Shown here piece after piece: positions 22,623-37,800 of a stretch of DNA of 64,000 bases (the stretch's first letter is position 1; the number at the start of each line of letters is the position of its first letter). A model generated the notes under the pieces. The model saw only the letters and a program-made list of their open reading frames with translations, searched no databases and had not been told where the DNA came from. The stretch comes from Haliotis cracherodii (taxonomy: Eukaryota). The position numbers and the translations under genes are program-made. Where the stretch lies: positions 620,001-684,000 of the forward strand of contig NW_027266302.1 of the NCBI RefSeq assembly GCF_022045235.1. The letters run 5' to 3'.

Positions 22623-25600
22623 ACCTTGATTTATCCCCTTAATGCCGAGCCACAGGCAGAGAAACAAGTACTCATAAACCATTCAATATTTCTTCTTGAA
22701 ACTTGGAATACACATAAGGCATGCACAGTGCCTTTTGCTGTTCAGGAATTGTTTAAAATTTTATGATTTGCCTTGCCAATGCAGCAATTTGTACATACCT
22801 GGTAGGTTCAAATGATGGTAGGGTCCATTTCTAAAGCATAACTCATCAATGGCTAAATATGACCTTGTGAAACTTTGTATCAGGCAAGTGCTGAACTGGT
22901 GAATTTTGCCATTCAGGAGTTTGACAAAAAAAATTTTTTATTGCATTTCCAAGGCAACAAGTTGGAATTTGTTCAGAGTACAACTAGAATATGTTCAGTG
23001 TGTCTTGATGAAACCTTGTATTCACATCACACCTCACACACCATATAACGTACGTATTCACAGCAACCTGTATTTGTTAACAGGCCAAGACCGTATGTTT
23101 GTTTGTTGTTTAACTCCACACACAGCAATACTCAAGCCATATGATGGCAGCCTTTAAGTAATCAAGTCTGGACTAGATAATTCTGTGATTCTTATTTATG
23201 ATCAATGATCCATGCCATCAGGGTGCAACGACATGCTATCAACCAGTGGCTGAGCCTCTTGCTACCTCTTAGTGAGGACCAGTTCTAATTTGGTGTGGCT
23301 GGTGCAGAGCATTCATGATGCACAAAAACAACAATACAGTCTCTATCATCTTTTGGTTTTATTCATAGGACTGAGCAAAATAATGACCCACATAAAGTGA
23401 ACATATTGTATGTAGGTATAACAATTTCCTTTTAGGTGGACTTTCTTAAAGTAATCTTCCCCATACAAAGAATACATTTTCAAGAGGCAAATCTATGAAA
23501 ATCTTGAAAAACTGAAATTTAATCCTCATTATGCTTGCAATCAAACCTCCCTACCACCCCCCTTTCACTCACTCACACATAACACAGGGCATACATTCTT
23601 TAAAATTATTCAATATTTACATCAATTTGTAAACACATTCTAAAAAACATTGAATGTACAATCAAGGTTATTAAATATAGTGCACAAATACCCTGAAGCA
23701 CTGAATTATCTTTTAAAATTGACAATGTATTGAAACACATTTCATCGAACTAATAAAAATTTGCCTGCAAGATACAATTCAAAGACTTCACAAAATGAAA
23801 TACCAATCTGATAAATCAATATCCTTTGTGACAATTCAATTGTAGTCTATATCTTTCATATCAAATGTGCCAAAAAGTGCTTGGTCACAAGCTAGAATAA
23901 ATATTGTTTTGAAATAAACACATCTCAGTAACTCCTCCGACTAACAATGCTGACAACTTTTCTGATAACCTTTATCCCTCCGTTATTTGTAATACACCGC
24001 ATGCTTAACAATTTCACATTGATCAAGGTGTATGAATTATTTGCATTTAAACATAATGTTCCAATGGATTACATCGTTTTCACTGATGGCGATATCCCAA
24101 ATATACCTTGTAACCTCAGATTATCATACATCGATTGCTTGATGTTTCTATGTAAATTGTCTCACACAAACACAACATACCAGCTCTGTTCAGTGACAGC
24201 CAAGATCATTTGCTCAAAACCTAAAATGGCAATTAATCTCAGAATCCAAAGTCAAATACCTTGGCTTCCCAGTAAACATCACAGGGCCTAAGAATCACAC
24301 ACACACCAAGAGCTGCAGTCCTTCGAATTTGAACTTAGCTTCAAACAAATTCTGCTATGTTCAAACACTTTCCTTCGCAGTTCATTTGATATTGACTGAA
24401 AAATGAAAGTAATATGACTCCCTTTATCCAAGACGTGTATTGTAATCATAATCTCTCTCAAACAGCATTGTCTCTGTACAAGGATCACACCTCTCAACAA
24501 GCAGATTGTATCGAGATCATTTTTACACTCAAGCACACAACTGAGAGCATTTTCCAACTCCCATGTACACTTTCTCTACAAACACACTTTATTGAGAGTA
24601 TTTCCATTCACCCAACACAAAGTATTCTGAATCAGCTGGCATAAAGCATCTATCACTCATTGTGTGCCAGAGCAATAGCTCCAAATTGCTTGTGTTTCAT
24701 TGTGATGGTGCCAGCCTTAAAACAGCATAGAAGAGAAACCACAACCAGTCAACGACCATTCTGAAATAATGTCCCCCATGTTTGTCAAAAGCAAAAACAT
24801 TATTCCAGATCTGAAATGGTTCCTTTCTCATGAAGAAGTGATACATACTGACACACACAAACAGGAAGGGCATTCAGTCGTGTCGCGGAAGCTGCTCCAC
24901 TCTACATTCCCATCAGTTGCACACCCTGCCTGCTAGATACCAAACCACAAAGAAACATTGTCATAGGATCAACGACATTATTTTCTCATTGCAGATTACA
25001 CCTTCATGCTGTACCTTGACACACAGTCCCTTTAACAACAGTCCAATGTGTACACAGTTGATTTGCAACCATCCTTTGAGACTTAAAATGTTTAGAGAAA
25101 GTTTGCTATTGTTACAGTGGAAGACAAGAAGAATGGATTGGCACATTGTGCCTATTACTTTCCAAATTGAACCCTGGTATTCAGTTATTTTCACATGATA
25201 CCCACCACCTGAAGATTGAAGGAAATCCTGCCCAACAAGTGCAAGGGCAGCAAAATTCAAGCCACTACATAAGGCAACTTCAGTTCTACTGTACTTGAGT
25301 ATATACAGATCAGGTCAGTGCTAGGTTTGGTGGTGAACCAGGTTTAGAAAACAAATGTAATCAAGTGACCACACAAGTCTCCATGGTAATGTGTAGGCAA
25401 ACAGGGCAGTGGGGTCAGTGGGCAGTCAGCTGTACAAGGGTGGAACTGAAAGGTCACAATATCCATAACCATACCTGATTCACAATACAGTATGTATTGC
25501 TATACAACATAGACGTTTGGTGTGACAGAGTATGTTTTCTGCTGTATCAGCTGTTTTGTGGATACCTTGATTAGGATTCATATTTCCTACTTTTGTACAC

Positions 25601-28089
25601 AGATCTGCCAGGTTTTGTTCTAGCAGGGGTATGATGGTAACCCGTGTTGTTTACTTACTTGAGTATTATTTATTGCCTGTACTGAAAGATTTGCCACATG
25701 TACAGTAACAACATATTCCACAAGCCAGAAGTAAACAGGTTCGGCAGACATGGACAACATGCCTGACGTAAAGATCTTTTGCTTCTGATTATTAGAAAAT
25801 CCAACAGAAGATTTACATAAAACCTTATTCACCGTAATCACCCTGGGCACTTAGAAAAATGACAAACGGTGGTGCTCATCAAAACCATACAGAAGTAAAA
25901 ATTGTTTTCAGAGATTGCAAGGCAGTGAGAAAACCTAGTTCAAACGTTCATGAAACTATGATACGTCAGTAATATACAAGGCAATTATACACCCCCTCTG
26001 AACTGCTGTTTTCTGCAACCACATCTGTAATATACACAATATGGACTGTCATGTAAATATGTTTTTTAAGGGGTGCTCATTAAGATCCATTACAGATTGG
26101 ACAGAAGTTATTCAGGGGGTGCTGAAAGGAGCTTAACACGGCAGATAGGGTTTGTGACACAAACTTTGTGTCCTATTTCATCCCAAATGGTAGCGAAGTC
26201 ATCTTGACTACAGAATCCTATGCATGACATCCTGTGACAGTGAACTTGATTCCTCTTATATAGAACATGCAATCAGTCTTGCTCATGGCTCATGCAGAGT
26301 TGTGGTCTTTTAAAACTGGCTTTCCAAAGAAAAAGAGATCAGTTGCATTTTATAAAGACAGGGAGAGTTCTTGATGGCATACACGATGCCGTATGTGCAG
26401 GTTGATGCTGACAAACACATTGTCCAGGGTGTCATTTCCCATACTTTTGAAAATTTCAGTAAACCAAGATTTATTCCTGTTACAAATGTTACTTTCAACC
26501 ATTTCAATTGCTTTCAAAATAGACACTCTTCCAGTTTCACAAACAACTTAATCTTCTGTTTAATCAATGAACCATCAATTATGTCATAAGCTCATTGATA
26601 TGCATTAGTGATATAAACTCTCCCTGACCAGTGTGTCTTTCGAAGTCAACATCCCACATTATGATACACTGGACAAGACAAGTACACACACATACACAGA
26701 GTACACACACGCACACACATACAGCATAATACCAAGTAAATGCAGACTGGACATTCATGAAGAATGACAATATCATGTAAGCTTTGAAAAAGAAACCAAG
26801 GCAAAATGAATACATTCGAGACAAAGTTTATATGCAAAAGCATTAAAATTCTCAATGTCAGAGCTGTAACATCTTATCATCAGTGTGGGCTCCCATGCTG
26901 CCACTGAGTTGATGGCTGATAAAAGTTATATAATTGAATGATACCACTTGATCCTTCACAACCATCCACAAAATGAAAACTTGACCTCTCATCTTGTCAC
27001 ACAGGATGCAAGTACTTCTGATGTTCTATACTTGTAGAGGCTCATCCTGAACTGGGCTTTGTTCCATTAAATGAACTTAGCACTATGGCAGTCCAAACGC
27101 TATGCCTAACCATGAAAGGGATGATAGTCGTAGCCTTATAATCACTCAAAAACAGTGCCACGAAGGGAAAGACTTGGAACTTTCTGGATAGGAGAAACTG
27201 TTCACAAATAACTGATCGACGCTGGATTGTTTCAAGTCTGCAATATCATATGTACACAATATCTTTGTTGTTTAACAATGAACTGAAATTGTGAAGCTCT
27301 TAACCATGACCAGAGTAGAACTACGTCCTTTCATTACCCTGTGCAACCAAACAGGCTGAGGTGTCTTATAACGGATAGCCTACACCCAAGCTTTGCATGA
27401 GGGTGAGAAGAACAATATTGACCAAGGGTAATCATCACTAACAAAAGGGTGACAAAGGTGTTTTAGATGGTTGAAATTAAGCATAAAAACCAAGGAGTCC
27501 TTGTCATAACCCTAATGTTAAAAGCCATACACCAAGGGGTCCGTACATTCCAGTACTACAAACGTACAAACCTTGAGGACCACCCTGGATTGGGAACACC
27601 GGTGTTTCAGCTTCACCTGTCTATGGCTGTGTTACCTAAAAGACTACGTCAGGGGACTGCAGTTTCCTATTGAGGTATCTTAATTAGTTCACCTTGTGCA
27701 TATTGGGACAAATGCTGTATAACTGTATATGTCAAAGTTGCAACTATTCAAAATCAAATTTGGCAAACGTAGATGCATAGTGAAACATTGTATGAACCGG
27801 TCATGCAAGTGTTTCTGCAAGATGACACACTAAATATCCAGACAACAAGTACATCACCACATTGACTAGGAGTATTCTTGCCCTATTTCAATTTGAAAAT
27901 TTGAATTCATTTTTCATAACTCCAAAAACATTTCTTGTACAGACTCACACCCCTTACAAAGGAGCAACCATTAGAATGTCATGCACAAATGAACACAGTT
28001 GAAAAGCAAAGCTTGAATTGTTTTTCAAGGTGGCATTAAAATCACATTATTTGAATATTTTAACCTCTCTGAGATATGGTTTAACACAG

Positions 28090-28765
28090 ACCCCAAGGAC
28101 ATAGAATTGATAAACCATGGACATATCTTTGATACAACATGGACATATCTTTGAAAAACCATGGACATATCATTGATACAAAAAAGACATATCTTTGATA
28201 CACCATGGACATATCTCTGATATACCATAGACATATCTTTGATAAACCATGGACATATCTTTGAAAAACCATGGACATATCATTGATACAACAAAGACAT
28301 ATCTTTGATACACCATGGACATATCTCTGATATACCATAGACATATCTTTGATAAACCATGGACATATCATTGAAAAACCATGGACATATCATTGATACA
28401 ACAAAGACATATCTTTGATATACAATGGACATATCTTTGATGCACCATGGACATATCTTTGATATACCATGGACATATCTTTGATACACCATGAAAATAC
28501 CTTTGATATATCATGAAAATATCTTTGATGCACCACACATATCTTTGATTCATCACAGACATATCTTTGACACACCATGGGCATATCTCTGATACACCAT
28601 GAACATGTTTAACACAACAAAGACATATCCTTGACATACACAGAAATATATTTGATACTCCATGGACATATCCTTGATAGGCCACACAGGCTTATCTTTG
28701 ATAACCACATATCTTTGATAGACCAGTCACAAATCTTTAATGTACCACAGACATATCTTTGATTC
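28090..28765. repeat. Minisatellite, ~21-22-bp unit, just downstream of the AMBRA1 stop (putative 3' UTR)
   Basis: CCATGGACATATCTTTGATA(CA), about 30 copies. Confidence 0.92.
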
Positions 28766-28835
28766 GGCAATGTCATACTGTAAATGGGTATGATAAAGGA
28801 AATGTGGTAACTACAAAATAATTGCTACAAAAATA

Positions 28836-31800
28836 TTATTCATTTTCATCTTCTGAGGGTTCACTGTTTGCTCCATCAGTCTGTGTGCCGGCCGTGCGGC
28901 GTATCCCACGGGTGAGAGTCTGAGTGGCAATGCTGCTGGTGCGAGACTGTGGAAGACCCAACATAGACATGAGATTCATTCGTATTGATGTCCCCTCACG
29001 ACCTGATCCACTGTTGTTATTGTCAGAGTTTTCTGGAAACTCCTCAGAGGCTCGAAGTGTTGCCTTCTTCACTCTGAAAAGAAACATAGTGATTCTGTTC
29101 TTTTAAATGTGCATCCCATTGATAGAATCTTGTTCGTATAGACTGATAATGAGATCTTTTTTAACAGATTAGAGCCAAATGGGACACGGCTGGGATTCCC
29201 TTCTATAATAAGCAAGCAGGCCTCAAAGTGTTAGCTGAAAGTTACGCATGTATCAATAACAAGCTTGTTTCCTGAGAGGAATTTTCCTCATGTCTAGATA
29301 ACAACTCTTTATAAAAAGATGAGGTCTTCAAAAGGCTAACTATTCATAATTAATTGTTTCGAACACCTGACTCAATATCAGTTGATATAATGACAAGCAT
29401 TTGGAACAACTGAACAATTCTATTCTTGGACCTCTACTGGAGAGCAATCTGTTCTACCCATCTGATTGTATAGTTACACTATCAGATCTACTCTTCAATC
29501 TGCACAGCCTTGTGTCATCTCAGGACAAAAAAGACCTACATTTGCCTTTATAGCCTTGCTTTGGTTTTGGTTTGTTTGTTTGTTTAACGCCGCACTCAGC
29601 AATATTCCAGCTATATGACGGCGGTCTGTAAATGATCGTATCTAGACCAGACAATCCAGTGATTGAAGTCATAAGCATTGATCTACGCAATTGGGATATG
29701 ATGCCTTGCACCAAACAAGTCAGTGAGTCTGACCACCCAATCCCGTTAGTCGCCTCTTACGACAGGCATGAGTTGCTTTATAGCCGTGCAGTCTCATCTA
29801 CGCATACAATGATTCTGAGGTAGCCCACCTCTAGCTTGACAGCCTACACTTACCCGTGTCTACAGATATGCAGGTCTCCCCTGTTGGTGCCATACACCAA
29901 GCCTTCCCCTACCCCACGTAGCCATCGGGCCGAGTTCACGCTCACATGTGTACGGATGTCCATGTCACATGGGTGAAATACGTCACTGACATGCTGAAAT
30001 ATTTAGAAAGAAAAAACTGTCAACGCCAGAGAATAACCAGTTTCAATTATCTGACAAAACAGCCTCCATTGGAAATAAAAGGTACAATAACAGTGAATAT
30101 TATATTAAAGAATCCTTGAAAATCAGTGATTATACCAAGTGGTCGTGTCATTGACATACACAGTACATTACCGTACATATGAACGCAGATAAGCCATAAA
30201 GATCGTGGAGTTTATGAAGTAGGATAAACTTTAAAAATTCAATTGAAAACTTATGATCGGAAATAGTAACATGTATAATTTTTTTTGATAATGACAACAT
30301 TAGCTCATAATAATAACTTTATTGATCATTTATAACAATAATGGCTGTAGTTGTGGCAACTTCCAAACTTTCGGGAATTTGTAATATATCGGACCGTCAT
30401 TCAGGCGATGTTTCTCACAGATCACGATCTGAAAAATACCATCATGAAAGTGTATCCCGTGGATAAGCCGACCCCTTTGTACAAAATCTTTTTTTCTGAT
30501 CCTCAAAATTTGGCTTATCTGCGGACATATACAAAGTGAAATATTGGGCAGTATAACCACAATAAAAGGATAATTGGTGCAATTCACTGAGAGTAATAAT
30601 TTCTGCTTCATGCTGACTGGCTTACTCATGCCGATTGCTTGAAAGGCAGCCCATAGCAACATGAAATAATATCAAAACATTATTGCAAAGGATTAAAGAT
30701 GATGTCCTTCACTCTTATGAATAGACTGACTGACCAGATGTCTCCACTAATCGTGAAACCCACATTTTTCTTCATTTCTCAGAACAAAAGACCTTGAGTA
30801 ATATTCATAAAGCAAAATGTACTCCCAACTTAGAACTATTGATAATCTGTCAGTCACTCAGCCAGGCTTAGGACAACAAAAGTAATTCACTCAAGACAAA
30901 TAATCTGTAATTCCTCCTGGCTAGTAGGTTATCCCTGACAGGCTGACACATACAGTATGATAAATGTACACTATGATATGTAACTAACATGATGAAATAA
31001 CCAGGATGACATGCTGAAAAACACTGCATGACAAGAAAACAGCGTTAGCTGCGTTATCACTATCCCCCACTATGGGGCACACAGAACTTTGTTTGTTCAC
31101 ATAGTAGTTAATATAAACTATAAAAAATCCTATAAAGCCTTAAAAAGAGGTAGCCACTTACCCGGTAGGCTGCTCTATGTCATCACAAAAATGTATTAAA
31201 TGTAAAATTAATACACACCAAAGACCCCTTCTTTGGAAAAAATAACTCAGTCTTGATAAGTATCTCTTAGATAAGATGCAAAAACTTTCATTCAAGTAAC
31301 TTGAGTAGTCTGTGAAAACTTGTCTGACAAAATTTGTCCCCTTTGAGAAGCGGACAGACAGACTCCATTCCAATATAATGTCCCTGACAAACTATACAGC
31401 ATCACATGTCTGTATCAACCCTTCCATGTACTGTACATCAGTAGCACTCTTACCCTCATTGAGTTCTCCCCGGCACTCTTCTTATCAAGTTTATACACCT
31501 GGGCAACCAGCTGAAACAGACCATAACACTGTAGTTAGACAAAAAAACAGGCCCTCAATGCATATAACATACCTACATGTTACTTTAGCATTAATTAAGG
31601 CATACTATAGAATGCTCGATTTATATCATAAGTATCATATTTCCATTCAAGAGTTACAGTGTTCCCTTGCAATTGCACCCTTCAATACAGGCGCAAACTC
31701 AGTTGTAGCTCGCAGTAACCATGGTAACACATGGCTCCCAAAATTATGTACATTGTAACACAGGAAATACCAGTAAACAAACCCGAACTGAAGTGAGTGA

Positions 31801-34800
31801 GTATGGTTTTACGCAGCTTTTAGCAATATTCCAGCAATATCACAGGGAGGGACACAAGAAATGGGCTTCACACATTGTAACCCATGTCGGGAATCGAACC
31901 ATGGTTGCAGTTATAGTAGTATATCTACATAATTATGCTAAACGATACGTTGCTGTACCCTACCTGGTTAGATGTGAACACCCAGGAAAGTCTCTTGGCA
32001 GCGAGTCCCACCATCACACACTGGTTCCGTGGAGACATGCTCACAGATATAGCATTGGGCCCTGGAACCATTAAAAACATGTCACCAATTGCATCATATC
32101 TTTATGGTTTGGGATATTTGCAGGAAGAGTCTGCAAGGGAATGGTGAACTTCAAGTGTTTTCAAACACATTTGTAAGTTTGGATTGTATTCAGAATTAGG
32201 TAGCTTACAAATAAAAACAGCTGTATCACAGATTAAGTAAGCAAAAAAATTCATGAAACATTAACAGTAAAGCAGGTAACAGCTGATGATTGGACTTTCA
32301 AAGTGCAATCTAGATCCATTGTGACTACAGGATCCCCATCCACTGATAGAGGACCAGAGCCAGTACTTTATCAGGATATAAACATTCTGTCGTGAGGACA
32401 TAGGGGCAAAGTGAAGCAAAGCCCTTTGTCCTTCTGACAGTACAGTTTTATCCCGATAAAGTACAGTCTATCTTAGAGCACTGGTAAATTCTTGAGCTCC
32501 ACGAACTATACACTGTCAATCACACAAACTCCACCATTCACATTTCAAGCAGATTGCACGATTTCATATAAACTATACGTTTCGTGCAGTCAAGTGTTTT
32601 TTGTTTAAGGCTTGGCATGCTGAAATGTACACGTTTCACAAAGCACGAGAATTTCATGTCTCTATAACCTGTATACCTGACAGAGCTTCATTAGCATATC
32701 AATGTACTCCACCTGATCAACACAGTGACCACCCATTGGACAAAAGTATTTGCCTCTGTTTTAACCCCTCTTTCTATTAGCATCATGGGTACCTATCCTC
32801 TTGAATCTCAACAGGTTCCCAAGTTCATGAAATGGCATTATTCAAGGTAACAATGGATGCATTCTAAAGTATGAGAGAAATACTAAGCTACATGAACATG
32901 TTATAGATGTCTTCGTCTGAGGTGTTTTCACCCTTGATCAACTGACAGGTAAATCTCACTCACCAAAACTTTTAGTAAAAAGACATTGAGCAAAGGAGTC
33001 TGGATGCAGTGAGAAGACAGCCAGGATGTTGTCATCAGGGAAACCACGGTGGCTGGGGACGAAGGTTGCAAGGAAGGTTGCATCCTGAGATATATCACAA
33101 CTGGCATCATTATGGAGCTTGCAGTGAGGCACCACGATGTTGGCTTTTGCTGAAGAAAAAATGATAGACATCAGTGGAAATGTCATGCCAAAAAATCACA
33201 AAGTGAATGCTCATGAAGTCTTAAATATCCAAATACCAGTATATTCCAATAATATCAGCAAAATCAAGATGTTCACTATACAGGTGTTATCTATGAACAC
33301 ATTATGAGGAGTCACTGGAATGTCTACTGTCTACGGTGTTTATGGGAGAGTATATGTCAGCTTCATACCAATGTGACTCACTCTTACTTTCTCAATTGAT
33401 ATTTCAAGTAACGTAAGTGATATCAAGATTTTCCTTTTTTAAGCAGTAAGTATGAATGAAGGAGAGTCAAAAGAATGTCTACTGTATGGCTGACATAATG
33501 TCTATGGAGGAGACGTGTACTCACACTGACTTATGTCCGGGATCTCACACTTGGTGAAGTCCCAACGCTGTATGCGATGTGTCTGAGGGATGATGTTACT
33601 TGCCACTGCAGGCTCCCCTGTTCCCATAAAAGCTCCTGAAATGTTCATTCCATGTCCTATGAATTATGAAATACAAAATCAATGACATACAATGAATACC
33701 ACTGAAATAGAATCTAGTGGAAAAGATGGTGAAAATAATGTACAGTTAAACATTGTTAACACAGAATTATCTAGACAATCATAAATATCAAGAATCAGAA
33801 ATGTTTTGGAGTGCAGGCAGAGTGTTAACAATGATTCTACCGAGACCATAAGTTTTCGTCATCGGAAACAATATAATATTGACATAATCAATTGTGAGTC
33901 AACAAAGATTCACTGGTGTTATTTTTTCAAAATGTCATATATCACTTCATTTACAAAGAGAGTAAAGTTGGAAATATATACAAAATAAGATACCCTACAA
34001 GCAGAACCTCATTTAATGGCATCAATAGAAAGTGAATATATTATTATATTCAAAGTTAGTGCATTTGAAGAGCAGGAAGAGTCTTCCAATTATACCACAG
34101 CATGCCAGCTTGTGAGAGGAAAGCTCAAAGTATGAAGAAAGGTTGTAGACATTTATCCTTTAGATGAACACATGACTTTTCGAAAAATTAGCAGGCTTTT
34201 GGGCTCCTTGAGATCAGCTCCTGTGGTATTTGAATCTAAGGATGCCCAATTCTTTTAACATTAGTATTAAGTAAAGTACTCTTTGACTGTCATGCTTAAT
34301 TTCAAACACAGCATGGGCATTGCACCAACCATAGCACAGGGATTGAACTCACAGCCGGCTGAGGCAAACATGTTCCTTAGAGCTTTAGGAAAGTGCAACT
34401 AGTGTATTGTATTACACACCTGCTATAGCTCTGTTGATGGCAGCATGAAGGGCATCATTTGGCCTGTTGAGGGTGTCGTCCAGGATGCTGACAGAGTAGT
34501 GAGGGTGTAGGTGGCGCTGCTGTAGGGCATGCCAGCTCCGGTCTTCCTGGTAGGCATCCTCTCGTGATGGAGTCACACGGACACTGCATAGAGTGAGTGA
34601 GTTGGATTTTATGCCACTTTTAACAATATTCCAGCAATATCACATCAGGGCACTTCAGAAATGGGCTTCACACATTGCACCCATGTGGGGAATTGAACCC
34701 AGGCCTTCAGTGTGACGAGCGAATGCTTCAACCACACCACCCAACACTGCATAGACAATAATCAAGTTAGTTCAAACTAATTTTACCTTTGTGCAATTTA

Positions 34801-37800
34801 TATATGAACATCAGTTGTTGTAACCTGTGAGTGGCCCACTGCAAGTTGCATTACTGGGAACCCATTAGACAAACTATCAGTGTTTTAATTTAGGAACTGC
34901 TATTGTAGTAAAGTTACCTTGAAACACTTGGGGGTGGTAGTGGAGGTTGAGTGACAGTAGACTGTTGGCTGTCTCCTCTCAGAAACATCTCTAGAAGGTG
35001 GGTATTTTGACCACTTCCTCGAACTACACAAACATACACAAATCATTCAATGTCTACAATCATCCTTGTTCCAAGGAATATAGCAGATTTTAAGCACTTA
35101 ACTTTCTGAATTTTTTACCAAGGGCAGGTAACTCTGACCTGCAATCCCCTGACAGTACAAACTGCACTTCACACATCATCACATGATTGCAGGTCAATCT
35201 ATACTAAAAGGAACTTTTTTGTGGCCGTAACATTTGGCCCTGAATCTATGATTAATGACTTCAAGATATAAACAAAGAGATATTTTAACTTAATATAGCA
35301 TACATATTTCTCCGACCTACTGACCTGGTGTTGAGTTGCTATAGGCAGAAGGTGTGTGAGAGAAATCTCCCTGATCCCGTGGCCTTGTGATGGTGATGAG
35401 AGGAACATGCTGCGAAGCTTGCCCTGATGTCACTGTCGGTGCCACAGACTCCACACCTTCAGGAGAAGACTGGTTGGAGATTCGACCTCGAAGGTTGAGA
35501 ATCCTCTCCCGATCTTGATGTAAAGCTCGCAGTCTTTCTGTGAACCTCTCCCGCAAAGCAGTGATCCTACGATCCAGTTCTGTCACTTGTCTTTCTAACC
35601 TTATTGTAAGGGAGGTTAAATCTTCCCGTCGAGAACCATCGGTAGGAAGATCTTGAGTGATTCTGGAAAGAACACTTGAAGTGGTGTGAGACGGGTTGTT
35701 GTTTTGATCACTATCTTCCAATACATTTCCAATATCACTATGTCCTGCAGCTTCACCAGCTGACTCCGCCCCAGCTGCCGGCTCAGTCTCCTCCACCAAG
35801 CCTTCCACACTCTCCATCACCGAGTCCTGCTCAGCCATAGCTTCATCCTCATCACGTGGCGAATCCTCAATGCCTGCCCGATTAACCGGGCGCCGAGCAT
35901 CTTCACTGAGACCAATTACATCTGTGCCCTGGTCAGAGCACTCTGGAAGCTCCATAGTTCCGCTGGTCTGACTAGTGCCATCTGTGGTGAGGGTCCTCTC
36001 CTGGCTGCGGGAACTGGAGTTACGAGAAGACTGAGAAGTTTGATCGGCAGTGGATTCGGATGAATTGCGATTTTGTTGAAACATCATCATATTAAGGAGC
36101 CTACTAGTGGAGGCCACGCTGGGCCGACTTCTGGGGATAACAAGTCCCGTTGAAGTGGGCACGGGGGTTGGCAAGGACCAGGTTGTCTGATGACCTGTTG
36201 TAGAAGAACTGCTAGTTGTTACTGGCTGGCTGTTGTTGTTCACTATGCTGGGGTTCAGTGTTCTACATATTGCACAAGGGGGATGGGAAGAAGAGTAGGA
36301 GGAAGGGGTTGTGTTTGTCTCAGTCATTCGGCTTGTGCGAGGGACTTCACGGAACGCACTGCCGGTAGGTCTTGAGCGAAGTCGGTTTAAAGAAGACACA
36401 TAAGGGGAAGACACAATACTATTAGGTCCTGAGACTGGTCTTAAGGAGCTTGAAGATAAGTGTTCAAATCTTAGACCAGATCTCAGATTAGCACCAAAAC
36501 TCAATGTTCGAGGGCCAGCTCCAGATGTAGGGGGATTGGAATCTGAACTACCACTCCTTCTCAGATTCATCCAGTTACTACCACCAGAGCTTCTAATAGA
36601 GTTCACAGACATGGCACTGCTGCCCCGCGAGTATTCATTGGGAAATAATGGAGGACGTAGAGCACTAGCACTAGTAGTAGGTCGCACTAACAGGGGCCGT
36701 TGAGCACCAACTTCAGCCATCTCAGACAGCTGTGGAGGAGTTGTTGCCCCTGGTGTTCCTGATCGCAAGTCCATGTCCTCCTCTTCAACAGAGGGCCATA
36801 CTCTGGGCGGCGGACTCCACGTCCCAGGCTGTAGACTGTGCAGTGTTGTGAACCTCCGCAGCTCGTGAAGGGGATACGGGTTGTTTCTTCTTCTACTGGA
36901 AATGCTGGATACGATGTCCCGAGCGTGCCTGGTGGTTTCTGTGATAGAGGAGGCATAGTTTCCTGCCCGCCGGAGTCTCTGCTCAACCTGTGAGGAATAG
37001 TGCCTCCCAAGTAGGGAGTTGCTCTCTGTGGAAGAAGAAGTCTGGCTCCCATCGGAGTTTTCAACTTCCATGCTGCCATCTGGAATGACATAAAGAAATC
37101 CATTGTTTCTATAGTGTATCAAAACAATGCAATGTATCCTCCAGGTATTTCTTTCTCCAAGCAGAAGCTACACTTCTACTTCTCACACTTTATAAGAACA
37201 GTTTGAAAGAGCGTAATGGATATTATACACACCAAAAGATGTCAAAGTACATTCAAACATTGTGTTACTTGTTTACCTTCATCCCCCCTGTTGGCATTAC
37301 GTAGCCTTTCCTGCTGGTAGTCATGGAAACGCTGAATAACCTGCTGATACCGCCTCCTGTTGGCATATTGCTGAAGTCTGTTTGGATGTGGACCATTTGT
37401 TTCACTGCAGAACAAGTTTCACCATTAATAGTTCATACTGTTTCTTGAAATCATTTTCTAAAACATAATAAAACTGTCTTAAACCAAAAATCAAATAGTT
37501 TCCAATTATAAATCTAGAAACATGTCATTCAGCAATCAAAAAAAAATACACTATCAGGATATGAGAGTGAGTGAGTGAATATGGTTTTACGCCTTTTTTA
37601 GCTATATTCCAGCAATGTCATGGCGGGGGACACCAGAAATGGGCTTCACACATTGTACCCATGTGGGGAATCGAACCCGGGCGAACGTTCAACCACTAGG
37701 TTACCCCACCGCCCCTATCAGGATATGATGATGCTATTCCATCTTTGGCACATGCAGTCATGGAGATCCCTCATTACATCTAAATGCAACAATTGTTGGG

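Noticed and set aside
28025-28685. Repetitive ORFs (MSMVYQRY...)
   Set aside because: Minisatellite translations.
35317-37122. 601-aa stand-alone Ser-rich gene
   Set aside because: It is the large internal exon (37079-35325) encoding the disordered region of AMBRA1; phases match both neighbours.
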